Positions 1 to 10,946 are shown, counted from the stretch's first letter. The stretch: DNA of 64,000 nt from an uncultured Verrucomicrobiae bacterium (GCA_963803825.1 CAWDOJ010000001.1:151102-215101), one strand, 5' to 3'. Numbers and translations: made by a program. The notes: generated by a model from the letters alone, not told the origin.

Positions 1-1924
1 AGCGGATTGCGGGGGCGTTGCCCAGCTCCTCGATGGCGGTCCAGTAGACCTCTCGGGCCTTCTCCGGCTCTTCCTGCTGCCGATACGTCCACCCGATCCA
101 ATAGATCGCCTCCGCCACCCGGGGACTGCGCGGATGCTCCGCCGCAAACTTCTCGAAGTGCGCCCGCATCCCGTCGACATCCTCTAGCAGCCGCAACGCC
201 TTCCCGACTTTGAACCAACCCTCCTCGAAGAATCGCGTCTCCTCCGGCGGGATGCGTTTGAACGCCGCGATCCCGTAATCCATCTGCCCCTCGTTCATGT
301 AAGCGTCGCCGAGCAGCAGCAGAGCCTCGGGATTCGACTCATGGCCCGGGTATTTCGTCAGGTAATCCCGCAGCTCCGGGATACTCGTGTCAAAATCCTG
401 CATCGCCTGCGCGTCGTAGCCCTTGCGGAAGACCGCGAGGCCCCGCGAGGCCCCGTCCGGATACTTCGCCAGATACGCGTCCATCCCCTCCCGCGCCGAC
501 CTGTATTGCTTCTCCAGCGAGTATCCCATCCCGCGCCAGTATGCCGCTGGGTCCGCTAGTTCGTGCTGCCCGTGCGCCTGCGCGAACTCGTCGAACGTCG
601 CGATCGCCGCCACGTTCTGCTCGCCCAGCAACTGACTGAACCCCCGCATGAAGACCGCGCGAGGCGCAAACTCCGACTCGGGATAATCTTCCGAAATCGC
701 CGCAAATGTCTCAATCGCTTCCGGCTGGAGGTTTTCCCGCTGGAGGGCAATCCCTTTCAAATACAGCACCAGCGGCATCTGCTCGGAGTTCGGAAATTTT
801 TCCTCGAACGTTTCCGCCGCCGCCACCGCCTTCGGCCAACGCTCGATGGCCGACCAGCACTGGATCAGATTGGCCGTCGCCGACTCGACCACTGCATCCG
901 GCTTCATCTCCGTTAACATCTCCTCCAGGATCAACGCCGATTCCCGGTAGCGCTCCATGGCTTGAAATGCCGTCGCTAGTCGGAGACGCAAGGCAGCGTC
1001 GAAGCTCTCGATCTTGCTGAAATTTTCGATCTCCCTCTCGATTTTCGCGATCATCTGCTTCAGCTGAAATTTTCGGTAAGGATCACCCTGCGGTTGAGCC
1101 TCCGCCGCAGCTAGTCCGTCTTGGAGATCGTCTAGCCGCGCCTGCTGATACTTCAGCAACCGATCCTGACTCCACACCCGTTGCAGGCATTGGATCGCGT
1201 TCCGCCACTCCTCCGCTTCGAGAAACTCCGATCCCAATTGCAGCGACAGCGTCTGAAAGGTCGCGATCTGCAGCATCTCGTTCAAGCGGGGGAATTCCTC
1301 GACCACGAGTCCCAAGGCCCGATCCCGTTCCCCCGCCTGCAACAAGGCATAGAGTTCCAGCACCGAAGCCCGCCCTCGATTCACCTCGTTCATCGAGCCC
1401 TTCACGTTGGCAAAATGCTCCGCCGCCTCCGCGTTCTTCCCCTCCAATAACCAAGACGTTCCCGCCAGCAGGGCCGCTTCCTCCGCCTGCTTCGACTGCG
1501 GGTAAGTGCTGACAAATCCGCTAAACGTCGCGCGCGCCGACTCCAGTTCCTGCGCCTGCATCTGGCAGACTCCGAGGTAAAATTGCAGGTCTTCCTTCTG
1601 GTCCAGCGACGGCCCCGGCTCCGCCTTCAGTGCCTCTTGAATGGCCCCCATCGCCTCGTCAAATTGCTGCAGATGCAGCAAGCTCATCGCCAGCGGATAC
1701 CGGATCGCCCCCATCGCCTCCTTCCCTTGCTCCGACCCCCCAAAATCCACCGCGAACTTCTGAAACGCAGCCACCGCCGCCTCGTACTGCCCGTTGTTAT
1801 AGGCCCCGACGGCCCCCATGTAGAGTTCATCCGCCGTCTTCCCTTGGCCGATTCCCTGACCAAAGACACCCGCCGTAGACAACAGAACGACCACTGCGGC
1901 CGCGCTGACCGCCCGGGAGAACAT
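1..1924 (-). CDS. TPR-repeat protein with signal peptide (C-terminus runs off the window start)
   Basis: Absent from the ORF track because there is no stop inside the window. Manual minus-strand translation from the ATG at 1924 gives MFSRAVSAAAVVVLLSTAGVFGQG. This is followed by uninterrupted helical repeats (ELYMGAVGAYNNGQYEAAVAAFQKF, AEEAALLAGTSWLLEGKNAEAAEHF, AEAIYWIGWTYRQQEEPEKAREVYW). The plus-strand ORFs listed here are R/P-rich shadows. Confidence 0.7.
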   Translation of the reverse strand, partial: MFSRAVSAAAVVVLLSTAGVFGQGIGQGKTADELYMGAVGAYNNGQYEAAVAAFQKFAVDFGGSEQGKEAMGAIRYPLAMSLLHLQQFDEAMGAIQEALKAEPGPSLDQKEDLQFYLGVCQMQAQELESARATFSGFVSTYPQSKQAEEAALLAGTSWLLEGKNAEAAEHFANVKGSMNEVNRGRASVLELYALLQAGERDRALGLVVEEFPRLNEMLQIATFQTLSLQLGSEFLEAEEWRNAIQCLQRVWSQDRLLKYQQARLDDLQDGLAAAEAQPQGDPYRKFQLKQMIAKIEREIENFSKIESFDAALRLRLATAFQAMERYRESALILEEMLTEMKPDAVVESATANLIQCWSAIERWPKAVAAAETFEEKFPNSEQMPLVLYLKGIALQRENLQPEAIETFAAISEDYPESEFAPRAVFMRGFSQLLGEQNVAAIATFDEFAQAHGQHELADPAAYWRGMGYSLEKQYRSAREGMDAYLAKYPDGASRGLAVFRKGYDAQAMQDFDTSIPELRDYLTKYPGHESNPEALLLLGDAYMNEGQMDYGIAAFKRIPPEETRFFEEGWFKVGKALRLLEDVDGMRAHFEKFAAEHPRSPRVAEAIYWIGWTYRQQEEPEKAREVYWTAIEELGNAPAIR

Positions 1925-2259
1925 CGAAAAGACCCCTACTTCAAACAACACCACGGCTTTCTTAGCTGATTCCGACCGGCTTTGTCCGTGACATTTTCGC
2001 CATCTCGCCACCCCGCGCTCCGTGGTTTTTCAAACGCCAAAACCAAGCTTCGCGACTGCGCATCTCCACTTTCTCCAGCATTTCCCATGCTAGCCGACCA
2101 GAGAGGCGAGCCCCGCTCGCTTCCACTCGGCCACGGCCTCCCCGCGCGAGGTCGCTCACATCAGGCCTCCCCAACGCCAACGGTGCAGAGCCTGCTCCAG
2201 CTGCTTTTCGTGTGCGACCAACCTTGCCACGCCCCGGCCCATTCGCTTTCCTCCTCCCA

Positions 2260-3666
2260 ATGCTTCGCAAGACCAAGATCATCGCCACCCTGGGACCCGC
2301 CTCGACTTCGCCCGAAATGGTGCGGACTCTCATCGAGACCGGTGCCAACATCTTCCGGCTTAACATGAGCCACGCCACCCACGACTGGGTGCGCCAAGTC
2401 GCCAAGACCATCCGAGACGTCTCCGCCGACCTCGGCACCAACACTGGCATCCTTCTCGACACCCAAGGCCCAGCCATTCGCACTGGCGACATCGACGCCA
2501 AGCTCGATCTCAAGGTGGGCGACATCCTCGAATTCACCGTCCGAGGCGCTCGCTCGGAGGAGAGCTATTCGGTCGACGTGAACTACGACGGACTGATTAA
2601 CGATATCAACGTCGGCGACACGGTCCTCGTCGACAACGGCGTCATCCACCTCAAGGTCCTCGGCAAGGAGGATGCTCGTATGCGCTGCGAAGTCCTCACG
2701 AAGGGCACGCTCGGATCTCGTCGCCACATCAACCTCCCCGGGGTGAAGGTCAACCTACCGCCGCTGACCGAAAAGGATCTGGCCGACATCAAGCTTGGCG
2801 TCGAACTCGGCGTCGACTTTGTGGCACTGAGCTTCTGCCGAGAGGCCGCCGACATTCTCGAGCTCCGCCGCGTGCTGGACGAAGCGGGCTGCAAGGCTTC
2901 GACGGTCGCCAAGATCGAGGACCAGCACGCCGTCAAGGTCATCGACGAGATCATCGTCGCCGCCGACGTCATCATGGTCGCTCGCGGCGACCTCGGGGTG
3001 GAATGCCCGATGGAAGATCTCCCGATCATTCAGCGCCGCATCGTCCAAGGCTGTCTCAAGGTCGGAACGCCCGTCATCGTCGCCACGCACATGCTCGAGT
3101 CGATGATCGAGAATCCACTGCCGACCCGCGCCGAAGTCACCGACGTCGCCAACGCCGTCTTCGAGCAGGCCGACGCCATCATGCTCAGCGGCGAGACGGC
3201 GATGGGCAAATACCCGCAAGCCTGCGTGGCCACGCTCGACAAGGTCGCCAAGCGCATCGAGCGAAGCGGCGGCGCGGGCTACGCCGCCGAAGCCGTCATC
3301 ACGGATCACCGCATGAAGTTGGTGAAATCGGCCATCGTTCTCGCGAACTCCTTCGAACACGCCACGATCGTGGTGTTCACCCGGCGCGGCGAGATGGCTC
3401 ACCACGTGAGTCATCTGCGCCCCGAGAGAGCCGCAATTTACGCGTTTGCCCCCAAGGAAAATGTCGTCCGCAGCCTCGCCGTCAACTGGGCAACCGAGGC
3501 GATTCAGATGTCCTTCGAGGAGCGTCCCGAGGCCACGGTGGCCAAGGCGGAGCAGATTCTGAAAGATCGAGGGCTCATCCAGAGCGGCTACCGACTCGTG
3601 GTCATCAGCGACATCCTCGCCGGCGACGACCGCTACGACTCGATCCACATCCGCGACGTCCAGTAG
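2260..3666 (+). CDS. pyk: pyruvate kinase
   Basis: MLRKTKIIATLGPAS...NIFRLNMSHATHDW, MVARGDLGVE and SGETAMGKYP motifs. Start placed at the internal ATG at 2260 of ORF 2212..3666. Confidence 0.95.
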   Translation: MLRKTKIIATLGPASTSPEMVRTLIETGANIFRLNMSHATHDWVRQVAKTIRDVSADLGTNTGILLDTQGPAIRTGDIDAKLDLKVGDILEFTVRGARSEESYSVDVNYDGLINDINVGDTVLVDNGVIHLKVLGKEDARMRCEVLTKGTLGSRRHINLPGVKVNLPPLTEKDLADIKLGVELGVDFVALSFCREAADILELRRVLDEAGCKASTVAKIEDQHAVKVIDEIIVAADVIMVARGDLGVECPMEDLPIIQRRIVQGCLKVGTPVIVATHMLESMIENPLPTRAEVTDVANAVFEQADAIMLSGETAMGKYPQACVATLDKVAKRIERSGGAGYAAEAVITDHRMKLVKSAIVLANSFEHATIVVFTRRGEMAHHVSHLRPERAAIYAFAPKENVVRSLAVNWATEAIQMSFEERPEATVAKAEQILKDRGLIQSGYRLVVISDILAGDDRYDSIHIRDVQ

Positions 3667-4025
3667 ACCGAGTCCGTCCGCGACCCGCTGGGATCGATTC
3701 GATCTCTGGAAAGCCGATGGTTGGAAGGATCGCCGACCGCCGCTGCGCTTCTTGCAACGTCCGGGACCATGTTGGCCGACCGGCCGTCATCTCGACTCCC
3801 GCCGCTGTGGTGAAGCTGTCGTCAGGCGATCTTAACCGCCTATTTCGTTCGGTAGACAACCCGTGCTGGCGGAGCTCACCGACGGCGTAGCTCGGCGGAA
3901 TGCGCCCCAGCGAGTCGCTTCATCAAGCGCGGTCGGAGGGCGTGAGAGCCGGAGATTTTGCCAGTTATTGAGTATGCCGACAGCGGATTGACGTCTCAAT
4001 TCTGCGGCACCCCACCTTTGCAACG

Positions 4026-4056
4026 AAAAAGAGCCGCAGGGTCTCCCCTGCGGCTC
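4026..4056 (-). terminator. rho-independent terminator downstream of the PEP-CTERM gene
   Basis: Perfect 11-bp stem GAGCCGCAGGG / CCCTGCGGCTC (4031-4041 / 4046-4056) with a 4-nt loop. It is followed on the minus strand by TTTTT (4026-4030). Confidence 0.6.
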
Positions 4057-4094
4057 AAAGATCTAAGTCCGGGACGACCGGATCATCAATCATC

Positions 4095-4982
4095 CTAGGA
4101 GATACAACGTCTACGCCGGAGGCTGTAAATGCCCAAGCCGCCGAGACCGAGCGCCAAAAGTGCAATAGCGCTAGGCTCTGGGACAGCGGTCAACGTGTCC
4201 CCGACGACCGTGAAGTTATTACTAAACGGCTCTGTATTCGAACCAAGTATGCGGAGGTCCCCCTGGTTATATTCGTTGATGAAGTCCGCCTCGTCGTATC
4301 CGGTGACGGTCAGAGAACCGCCTAACCCTGTGAAATCAATTTGACCATCCCAGACTGATATGGCTGCAACCGTCATCATCCCACCAGAGATTTCCATTGA
4401 ATTTACCGCATTGAAGCCAAGCGATCCCACGTTCACGCTGCCACTTGACAATAAGAATGTTGAAGTTGCATCCACAGCTCCACGAAACAACTCAGTATTA
4501 AACTGACCCCCCGCCACCCGAGCTGTTCCACCATTCTGAACAAAAAATTCCTTACCGGCTGACTGGGTGAAAGTGCCTCCGTTAACAAACAATCCAGCGG
4601 TCGATCCGAGGACGAACATCCGGCCCCACGAGATTGTGCCGGCATTCAGCGTCAGTTTTGTGGTGCCATCCAGATTGATATCGGTTTGCAGATTATTGCC
4701 ATTACTGCTCGATGAGGTCAGGGACGACCCGACATCGTCGATGAAGTAGCTCGCTCCCCCTAAGGAACCTCCCGTCAGGGCAGCAACGTTTGCTCCGGCC
4801 AGGATGGTTGCTGTATCACCAAAGACTGGTAATCCGTTCGGGTTCCAGTTTGCAGCTTGGCTGAACCTTTCCTTATCATTCGCACCGCCATCCCACGTGT
4901 AAGCTGTTTGCGCATGGGCCTGGACGGCCGTGGCCGCGAAAAAGGCGAGACTGAGAGTTCTGACGTAGGGTTTCAACTTCAT
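4095..4982 (-). CDS. PEP-CTERM sorting-domain secreted protein
   Basis: Signal peptide MKLKPYVRTLSLAFFAATAVQAHA. C-terminus is VPEPSAIALLALGLGGLGIYSLRRRR, i.e. a PEP motif, a TM helix and a basic tail. Confidence 0.85.
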   Translation of the reverse strand: MKLKPYVRTLSLAFFAATAVQAHAQTAYTWDGGANDKERFSQAANWNPNGLPVFGDTATILAGANVAALTGGSLGGASYFIDDVGSSLTSSSSNGNNLQTDINLDGTTKLTLNAGTISWGRMFVLGSTAGLFVNGGTFTQSAGKEFFVQNGGTARVAGGQFNTELFRGAVDATSTFLLSSGSVNVGSLGFNAVNSMEISGGMMTVAAISVWDGQIDFTGLGGSLTVTGYDEADFINEYNQGDLRILGSNTEPFSNNFTVVGDTLTAVPEPSAIALLALGLGGLGIYSLRRRRCIS

Positions 4983-5295
4983 GATTCGGGGATAACAGCT
5001 AGGTTGAGTGTATTTAAGTCAACGAACCAAAGGATGCTTCTGAGATCGCCACAGATGTCGACCGGTGAAAGGTTGACTTGCGGAAGGGGAACAAACGGTG
5101 GCTAATCGAGAGGTAAGAAATACCTGAGGGCAGCCGTTGGTCAACAAAATTATTTGGTGAAGCGGCTAGACATTCGGAATCGTTCAGCGTCGAGGAAGGC
5201 TACGATAAGACCGTCGTGGAACCAGTGAGCCACTGTCGCAACGTCAGACAAGAATTCCCTTCCCGCCGTCGTGCGGCCTGACCTACCGTTCCCGC

Positions 5296-5778
5296 ATGCA
5301 AATCACCGAAGGAGCCGTCGTCAGTATCGATTACACGCTCACCAACGACGCCAAAGAGACTCTTGACACCTCAAACGGGCGCGAGCCACTTGCCTATCTT
5401 CAAGGGTCTAGTCAGCTCATTCCAGGTCTAGAGCGCGCCCTCGACGGCAAGTCTGCGGGGGAAACTCTGCAGGTCACCATCTTGCCCGAGGATGCCTACG
5501 GACACCGGGACGATTCCAAGACAACGACCGTCCCAAGGGAGCAGATCCAGGGTTCCGAAGAATTGACTCCCGGCACACAGCTCCGTGCCAGCGGGCCGGA
5601 AGGTGAACAGATCCTCACGGTAATCAAAGTCGATGAGACTGAGGTGACGGTAGACGCCAACCACCCGCTTGCTGGCGAGACACTGCATTTCGATGTGACC
5701 GTGCGCGACATCCGTTCAGCCACCGAGGAGGAACTCGCGCATGGCCACGTCCACGGACCCGGCGGTCATCACCATTAG
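5296..5778 (+). CDS. slyD: FKBP-type peptidyl-prolyl isomerase, SlyD-like, with His-rich tail
   Basis: VVSIDYTLTND...LAYLQGSSQLIPGLERALDGKSAGE, an HPLAGETLHFDVTV insert-in-flap region, and C-terminal HGHVHGPGGHHH. Confidence 0.85.
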   Translation: MQITEGAVVSIDYTLTNDAKETLDTSNGREPLAYLQGSSQLIPGLERALDGKSAGETLQVTILPEDAYGHRDDSKTTTVPREQIQGSEELTPGTQLRASGPEGEQILTVIKVDETEVTVDANHPLAGETLHFDVTVRDIRSATEEELAHGHVHGPGGHHH

Positions 5779-6166
5779 AGCAACCTAGGCCGACGACCGA
5801 TTTAATCCAATCTCCCCGCTACGCCGTGCACTGGCTCTTGGCGGGGGTCTCTACCGTCTCCGGTCTCACCCCGAAGTGAGCGTCATCGCTTCGCCAAGGC
5901 TTTTCGTTGATGTTCAGCCAAGATAGCTCGGTCGAAAGCGCTGGTACGCGTGAAGTTAGGCCGTCCCAGACCGTCCCAGAAAGAGCAGTGAGCAAACCCC
6001 CCAGATGCCGGGGCGCCCTATCCCCCCGGCGTGCGCGGTAGACGGGATGAGCAACGCTGTGACTCGCTGTAGCCACGCGGCCCCGCGCCCCTGCAGCTCC
6101 GGCCAATCTCAACAAAATCCAAAAATTTTAAGCGCGGTTTCCGCACTTCGTTCGATCCCAATTCCT

Positions 6167-6643
6167 ATGAAGCTCAATACCCTAAAATCACTGTCCGCGA
6201 TCGCGGCGCTTGGTCTTCTTCCCATGGCAGTTCACGCCGACTCAGATGTGGCGAAAGAAATCGCCTCGGAGAAAGCCGTGGCGGCATCGGATGATGCGAC
6301 GGAAGGCACTACTGAAACGGTGGAAGTCGAAGCGACGGAAGCCTACGACGGCACTTCTTCCGTCGGCGACGCCGACACGAAGGCCAACGAGATCGACGAA
6401 AACATCGATGATCCAATGTCCGCTTCCGAAGCGAAGCCGACCCTGACGAGTCCTAGCGTGAGCACGGGAACCGGGATGGGTTCGGCAACGAACACCGGGT
6501 CTGGCACAGGTGTCAGTCCCGAAGGCGACAACACTGGCGCTCGGGATAACAAGACCGCACCAGGCGTAGGAGTCGGCACGAGCCATGGTTCCGCAACGAA
6601 CACTGGTGCCGGCACCGGAGCCGACACTGATCTTGCTGACTGA
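6167..6643 (+). CDS. small secreted acidic Gly/Thr-rich protein (hypothetical)
   Basis: Internal ATG at 6167 gives the signal peptide MKLNTLKSLSAIAALGLLPMAVHA. A repeated GSATNTG(A/S)GTG motif is present and a strong terminator follows. Confidence 0.55.
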   Translation: MKLNTLKSLSAIAALGLLPMAVHADSDVAKEIASEKAVAASDDATEGTTETVEVEATEAYDGTSSVGDADTKANEIDENIDDPMSASEAKPTLTSPSVSTGTGMGSATNTGSGTGVSPEGDNTGARDNKTAPGVGVGTSHGSATNTGAGTGADTDLAD

Positions 6644-6667
6644 TCTTTCGTTACAACAATCCTTCGA

Positions 6668-6702
6668 GCGGGGCAGTCGAAAGACTGCTCCGCTTTTTTT
6701 TT
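6668..6702 (+). terminator. rho-independent terminator
   Basis: Stem GCGGGGCAGTC / GACTGCTCCGC with a GAAA loop, followed by a T9 run (6694-6702). Confidence 0.7.
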
Positions 6703-7216
6703 CGCAATCTACCGCCGGCATCGCTTGCGACGCCCCCGAACTCCGGCGGAGGCGCACCGTCCCCCCTCGAGCCTGCCAATTGGAACCCGGACCTCCGCTT
6801 GATTCCCGGCGTCAGATCGATTGCAGCGCCGGCCTCTCCAACGCTAGCGGATCGCCCATCCGCCTGAGAAACGAGCTGCGGCTTACAGCGGGTAACCCGG
6901 TGCGAATCGACAAGTTGATCGTAGGCAAAAGCCATGATCCGACGGACGCCAGTCGTGACAGGGATCACAACGGTCGGGTCACGATGAGATTTCCGTTCAA
7001 CTCAGGCTTGGAGCCTCGCCGAGTAGACGGCACGATCAGGGCACTGACCGAGTCCGACGCCAATCGTTTGGTTGACTGCTATTGGGGCGGCTCGGCAAAC
7101 GGCGGCGTCCCCTAGGGATCGAGCTTTGTCGGGATCAGCTCGAAAGACTAGCTCACTATCGCAAAGCGTGTGGCTGATCGATCATGCCGGGGCGGTCCTT
7201 CGGTCTGCCGCAGACC

Positions 7217-8746
7217 TCACCGCCACAGATTCCGATCCAGCGTTCGATACTGGATCGCCTCCGCAAGATGCTCTGCAGCAATCGCCTCACTCCCAGCCAG
7301 ATCCGCGATCGTCCGCGATACTTTGAGGATCCGATCGTACGCCCGAGCGCTTAGCTGTAGCTCGCTCATCGCCATCCGCAGCATCTCCTGGCTCTCGGCG
7401 TCCAACCGGCAGTTGGCCTTCAGCGCAGACGGAGTCATCCGCGCGTTGCTCCGATTTTTAGTCCGGCCAAAACGAGCCGCCTGCACCGCCCGCGCCACCT
7501 CGACCCGCTCGCGGATCGCCGCTGATGGCTCCGCTCGTGTCTCGCTCGCGAGATCGCGGTATTCGACCGCCGGTGCCTCGACGTGAATGTCGATCCGATC
7601 CAGCAGCGGCCCCGAGATTCGTTGCCGATACTTCTCCACCTGCACCGGCGTGCACCGGCACTCCCGCTTCGGATCTCCGAAGTATCCGCACGCACAAGGA
7701 TTCATCGCCGCCACGAGCATGAACTGTGCGGGGAACGTCATCGTTCCTGCCGCCCGGCTGATCACGACCTTCCCGTCCTCTAGCGGCTGCCGCATGACTT
7801 CCAACGTCGACCGTTTGAACTCCGGCAGCTCATCGAGAAACAACACCCCGTGGTGCGCCAGGCTGACTTCGCCTGGCGACGGGTTTGACGAGCCGCCTAG
7901 CAATCCGACGTCGGAGATGGTATGATGCGGCGCTCGAAACGGTCGGATTCGCACAAACGGTCGCTCCCCGTCCGTCAGCCCACAGATGCTGTGGATTTTC
8001 GTCGTCTCGATCGCCTCCTCGAGCGACATCGCTGGCATGATCGTGGCGATCCGCTTCGACAACATGCTTTTCCCTGAACCGGGAGGCCCGATCAGTAAGA
8101 GATTATGATTTCCACTGACCGCCACCTCAATGGCCCGCTTGACCTGCTCCTGTCCTTTCACGTCGGCGAAATCCAGATCGGGGTCTTCAATTTCTGCGCC
8201 CAGCGTGATCTCGGCCCGCGTCGGTTCCAAGTCTTTTGCCCGGCTCACAAACTCGTAGGCCTCCCGCAGCGACCGCACCCCGTAGACCTCGATCCCCTCG
8301 ACGACCGCAGCCTCGGCGACGTTTGCCAGCGGCACGATGACCGCCTTCTTTCTTCGCCGCCTAGCCTCGAGCGCAATCGGCAACGCCCCCTTGATCGCAC
8401 GCACCTCACCAGTCAACCCCAGCTCCCCCGCCATCAAGCAACGCTCCAAGCGCGGCAGATCGGCGTCCTCGGCGACCGCGATCATCCCGACGGCAATCGG
8501 GAGATCGAAGCTTGGCCCTTCTTTCTTCAGATCCGCCGGTGCGAGGTTCACGGTCGTCCGCGTTCGCGGCCACCGAAAGCCGCTGTTGGAGATCGCCGTC
8601 GTCACCCGGTCGCGGCTCTCCTTCACCGAGGTGTCCGGCAGGCCGACGACCACGACCATCGGATCTCCGTGGCCAGCGTTCACCTCGACTTCGACCTCGC
8701 AAGCATCCACCCCGCGAAGTGCTGCCGAAAAGACCTTGGTGAGCAT
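7217..8746 (-). CDS. comM: YifB/ComM family Mg-chelatase-like AAA+ ATPase
   Basis: N-terminal Lon-protease-like domain [22 protein letters not shown]. Walker [15 protein letters not shown], then [11 protein letters not shown] and C-terminal [18 protein letters not shown]. Confidence 0.93.
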   Translation of the reverse strand: MLTKVFSAALRGVDACEVEVEVNAGHGDPMVVVVGLPDTSVKESRDRVTTAISNSGFRWPRTRTTVNLAPADLKKEGPSFDLPIAVGMIAVAEDADLPRLERCLMAGELGLTGEVRAIKGALPIALEARRRRKKAVIVPLANVAEAAVVEGIEVYGVRSLREAYEFVSRAKDLEPTRAEITLGAEIEDPDLDFADVKGQEQVKRAIEVAVSGNHNLLLIGPPGSGKSMLSKRIATIMPAMSLEEAIETTKIHSICGLTDGERPFVRIRPFRAPHHTISDVGLLGGSSNPSPGEVSLAHHGVLFLDELPEFKRSTLEVMRQPLEDGKVVISRAAGTMTFPAQFMLVAAMNPCACGYFGDPKRECRCTPVQVEKYRQRISGPLLDRIDIHVEAPAVEYRDLASETRAEPSAAIRERVEVARAVQAARFGRTKNRSNARMTPSALKANCRLDAESQEMLRMAMSELQLSARAYDRILKVSRTIADLAGSEAIAAEHLAEAIQYRTLDRNLWR

Positions 8747-8913
8747 GCGCGAGACGCTATCCGCTTCCCACGTCAGCGTCGAACGATCCTTGTCATCCGC
8801 TCACGAAGGACGATCCTCAAGCGAGAGCAGGATCCCCGTCCGCGATTGAATAACCCAGCCCGCCCGTCCGTTCACTCCCTCGAACAAACCTCTTTTTCAA
8901 CTCACCACAATTT

Positions 8914-10869
8914 ATGAAAATTCGACCCACCATGCTCACAGCGCTCCTCGCGCTCGCCTTGCCCGGGCTACCGCTCCCAGCTGCGGCCCAATACTCGGCC
9001 ACCACCGCCCCAGCGGATGAGGAACTTTTTCTGCTCGGCGACTACGAGCTCGATGAGCTCCTCGGGCCCATCGCCCTCTATCCCGACGCGCTCGTCAGCC
9101 TCATTCTCCCGGCGGCGACCGTCCCTACCGATGTCACCCTCGCCACTCGCTACTTGGAAGACGGCGACCTTGACGACGTCGACAACCAGCCATGGGACGA
9201 GAGCGTGATTGGCCTCACTCGGTACCCCGATGTGCTCGCCTGGATGGACGAGAATCTTGAATGGACCGCCGCCGTTGGTGAGGCGTTCTACGTGCAGCCC
9301 GAAGATGTGATGGCCTCGGTCCAACGCCTCCGCGAGGACGCGCAGGAGGTCGGTTCCCTCGTCAACACGCCGCAACAGACGGTCATCGTCGAGCAGGAGG
9401 TCATCCGCATCGTCCCCACGGATCCCGAGATCATTTACGTGCCGATCTACGACCCGCAGGTCGTCTACGTCGAGACTTACCAGCCGGACTACGTCGGCAA
9501 CGCGATCAGCTTCGGAGCGGGTTTCGCGGTCGGGACTTGGCTCAGCTACGACTTCGACTGGCAGCGTCGCCAATTTTTCTACGGCCCCGGCTACGGATAC
9601 AACAACCGCGACTATTGGTATGACCGCGGCGTCTACGACCGCGACCGCAATGTGAACATCTCCAATACGAACACCAACATTGCGAATACGAACATCACCA
9701 ACGTCGACAACCGCAACATCGACAACCGGACGATCAACAAATGGCAACCCAGCGAGCGGAGCAGCCGTCAGATCAACCAACGCCAACGCAACAACGGCGG
9801 CAATGCCCGCATCGCCCGCGCTGACAATCGAATCGAAGTCGACGGCAAGAAAAATGGTAGCAAGGTGAAGAATCCTGCGGTCCCGAAAGCAACCAAGCTG
9901 AAGGAGGACAAGAACCGCCGACCCGCCGGACCGCGGAAGAACAACGACCGCCCGAAGACCGCAGACCGCCCAAATCAGGACCGTCAGGACAACGGCAATC
10001 GCGAGAAAAACAACGCGAACCGCAGCAACGATAATCGGAAGAACGACACCGCTAATCGGCCAAACAAACCGGACAAGCCAACTACCGCGCCGAAGGTCTC
10101 GCAGAACGCCAAGGACCGGCAGGAGGAGCGGGCGGCACGGGGGAACAACCGAGAGAACGAGTCCGACGCTCAGAAGGAACGTGATCGGGAGGCTCGCAGT
10201 CAATTGGCCGAGCGCGAACAGCGGCAGCAACGCGAGAAGAACGCCGAGCGCCAAAAAGAAGCCGAGCGCCAGCAGAAGCAACGGCAGGCCGAGGGGCAGA
10301 AACCAAATGACCGGAAGGCACCGACCGACAATCGAAAAGACAACCCCACCGCCCAGAAAAGTCAGCGCGAGCAAGAAGCCCGCAAGCAGCAAGCCGAGCG
10401 CGAGCAACGTCAACAACGCGCCGAGCAGGAGCAGAAGCAACAGCGCGAAAAGAACGCCGAACGCCAGCAACAAGCCGAACGCCAGCAGAAGCAACAGCAA
10501 GCGGACCGACAGAAACAAGCCGAGCAGCGCCAGCAACAGCAAAAGCAGGCCGAGCGTCAACAGGCTGCGGAGCGTCAGCAACGTCAGCAGCAGGCCGAAC
10601 GGCAGCAACAAACCGAGCGCCAGCAGCAGGCCCAACGCCAGCAACAGGCCCAACGCCAACAGCAGGCCGAGCGCCAGCAGCAAGCCGAGCGCCAACAACA
10701 GGCTCAGGAGCAGCGGCAACGGCAGGCCCAGCAACAGCAACGACAGCAGCAGCAAGCCCAGCGGCCCCAACAGTCTCAGCAGCGTCCACAGCAACAGCAG
10801 CGTCAGAATTCCAATCGGCCCAACGGGAACTCGAACAACGAAAGGAACAATTACAACAACCGGAACTAA
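8914..10869 (+). CDS. DUF3300-domain secreted protein with long Q/R/E/N low-complexity C-terminal half
   Basis: Signal peptide, then ELDELLGPIALYPDALVSLILPAATVPTDV, the DUF3300 signature. The C-terminal ~330 aa are almost only Q, R, E, A, K, N. Confidence 0.8.
   Translation: MKIRPTMLTALLALALPGLPLPAAAQYSATTAPADEELFLLGDYELDELLGPIALYPDALVSLILPAATVPTDVTLATRYLEDGDLDDVDNQPWDESVIGLTRYPDVLAWMDENLEWTAAVGEAFYVQPEDVMASVQRLREDAQEVGSLVNTPQQTVIVEQEVIRIVPTDPEIIYVPIYDPQVVYVETYQPDYVGNAISFGAGFAVGTWLSYDFDWQRRQFFYGPGYGYNNRDYWYDRGVYDRDRNVNISNTNTNIANTNITNVDNRNIDNRTINKWQPSERSSRQINQRQRNNGGNARIARADNRIEVDGKKNGSKVKNPAVPKATKLKEDKNRRPAGPRKNNDRPKTADRPNQDRQDNGNREKNNANRSNDNRKNDTANRPNKPDKPTTAPKVSQNAKDRQEERAARGNNRENESDAQKERDREARSQLAEREQRQQREKNAERQKEAERQQKQRQAEGQKPNDRKAPTDNRKDNPTAQKSQREQEARKQQAEREQRQQRAEQEQKQQREKNAERQQQAERQQKQQQADRQKQAEQRQQQQKQAERQQAAERQQRQQQAERQQQTERQQQAQRQQQAQRQQQAERQQQAERQQQAQEQRQRQAQQQQRQQQQAQRPQQSQQRPQQQQRQNSNRPNGNSNNERNNYNNRN
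10594..10719 (+). repeat. imperfect 18-bp (6-aa, A-E/Q-R-Q-Q-Q) in-frame tandem repeat, about 7 copies
   Basis: Units gccgaacggcagcaacaa / accgagcgccagcagcag / gcccaacgccagcaacag / gcccaacgccaacagcag / gccgagcgccagcagcaa / gccgagcgccaacaacag / gctcaggagcagcggcaa. These were read directly from the sequence. Confidence 0.75.
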
Positions 10870-10946
10870 TCGCTTTGCCGAGGCTCTCCGACCGGGGAGC
10901 CTCGTCTTGCTAAAACGCCGATCCCGGCGAACTTAGGGAAACTCGT

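Noticed and set aside
7-1969. Multiple 60-130-aa plus-strand ORFs at the window start
   Set aside because: All are R/P/L-rich and lie antisense to, or out of frame with, the continuous minus-strand TPR gene (1-1924). That gene has a signal peptide and coherent repeat structure.
8968-10794. 608-aa minus-strand ORF, Leu/Gly/Pro/Val-rich, antisense to the DUF3300 gene
   Set aside because: It is a mirror image of the CAG/GCC/CGC-rich repeats on the plus strand. The composition is monotonous (LLLALGLLL), and it has no signal, start context or domain. The plus-strand gene has a clear DUF3300 domain.
10180-10800. Repetitive region considered as a possible CRISPR-like or non-coding satellite array
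   Set aside because: The repeats are in frame and imperfect, and they are contiguous without spacers. They sit inside a continuous ORF, so this is coding low-complexity sequence.
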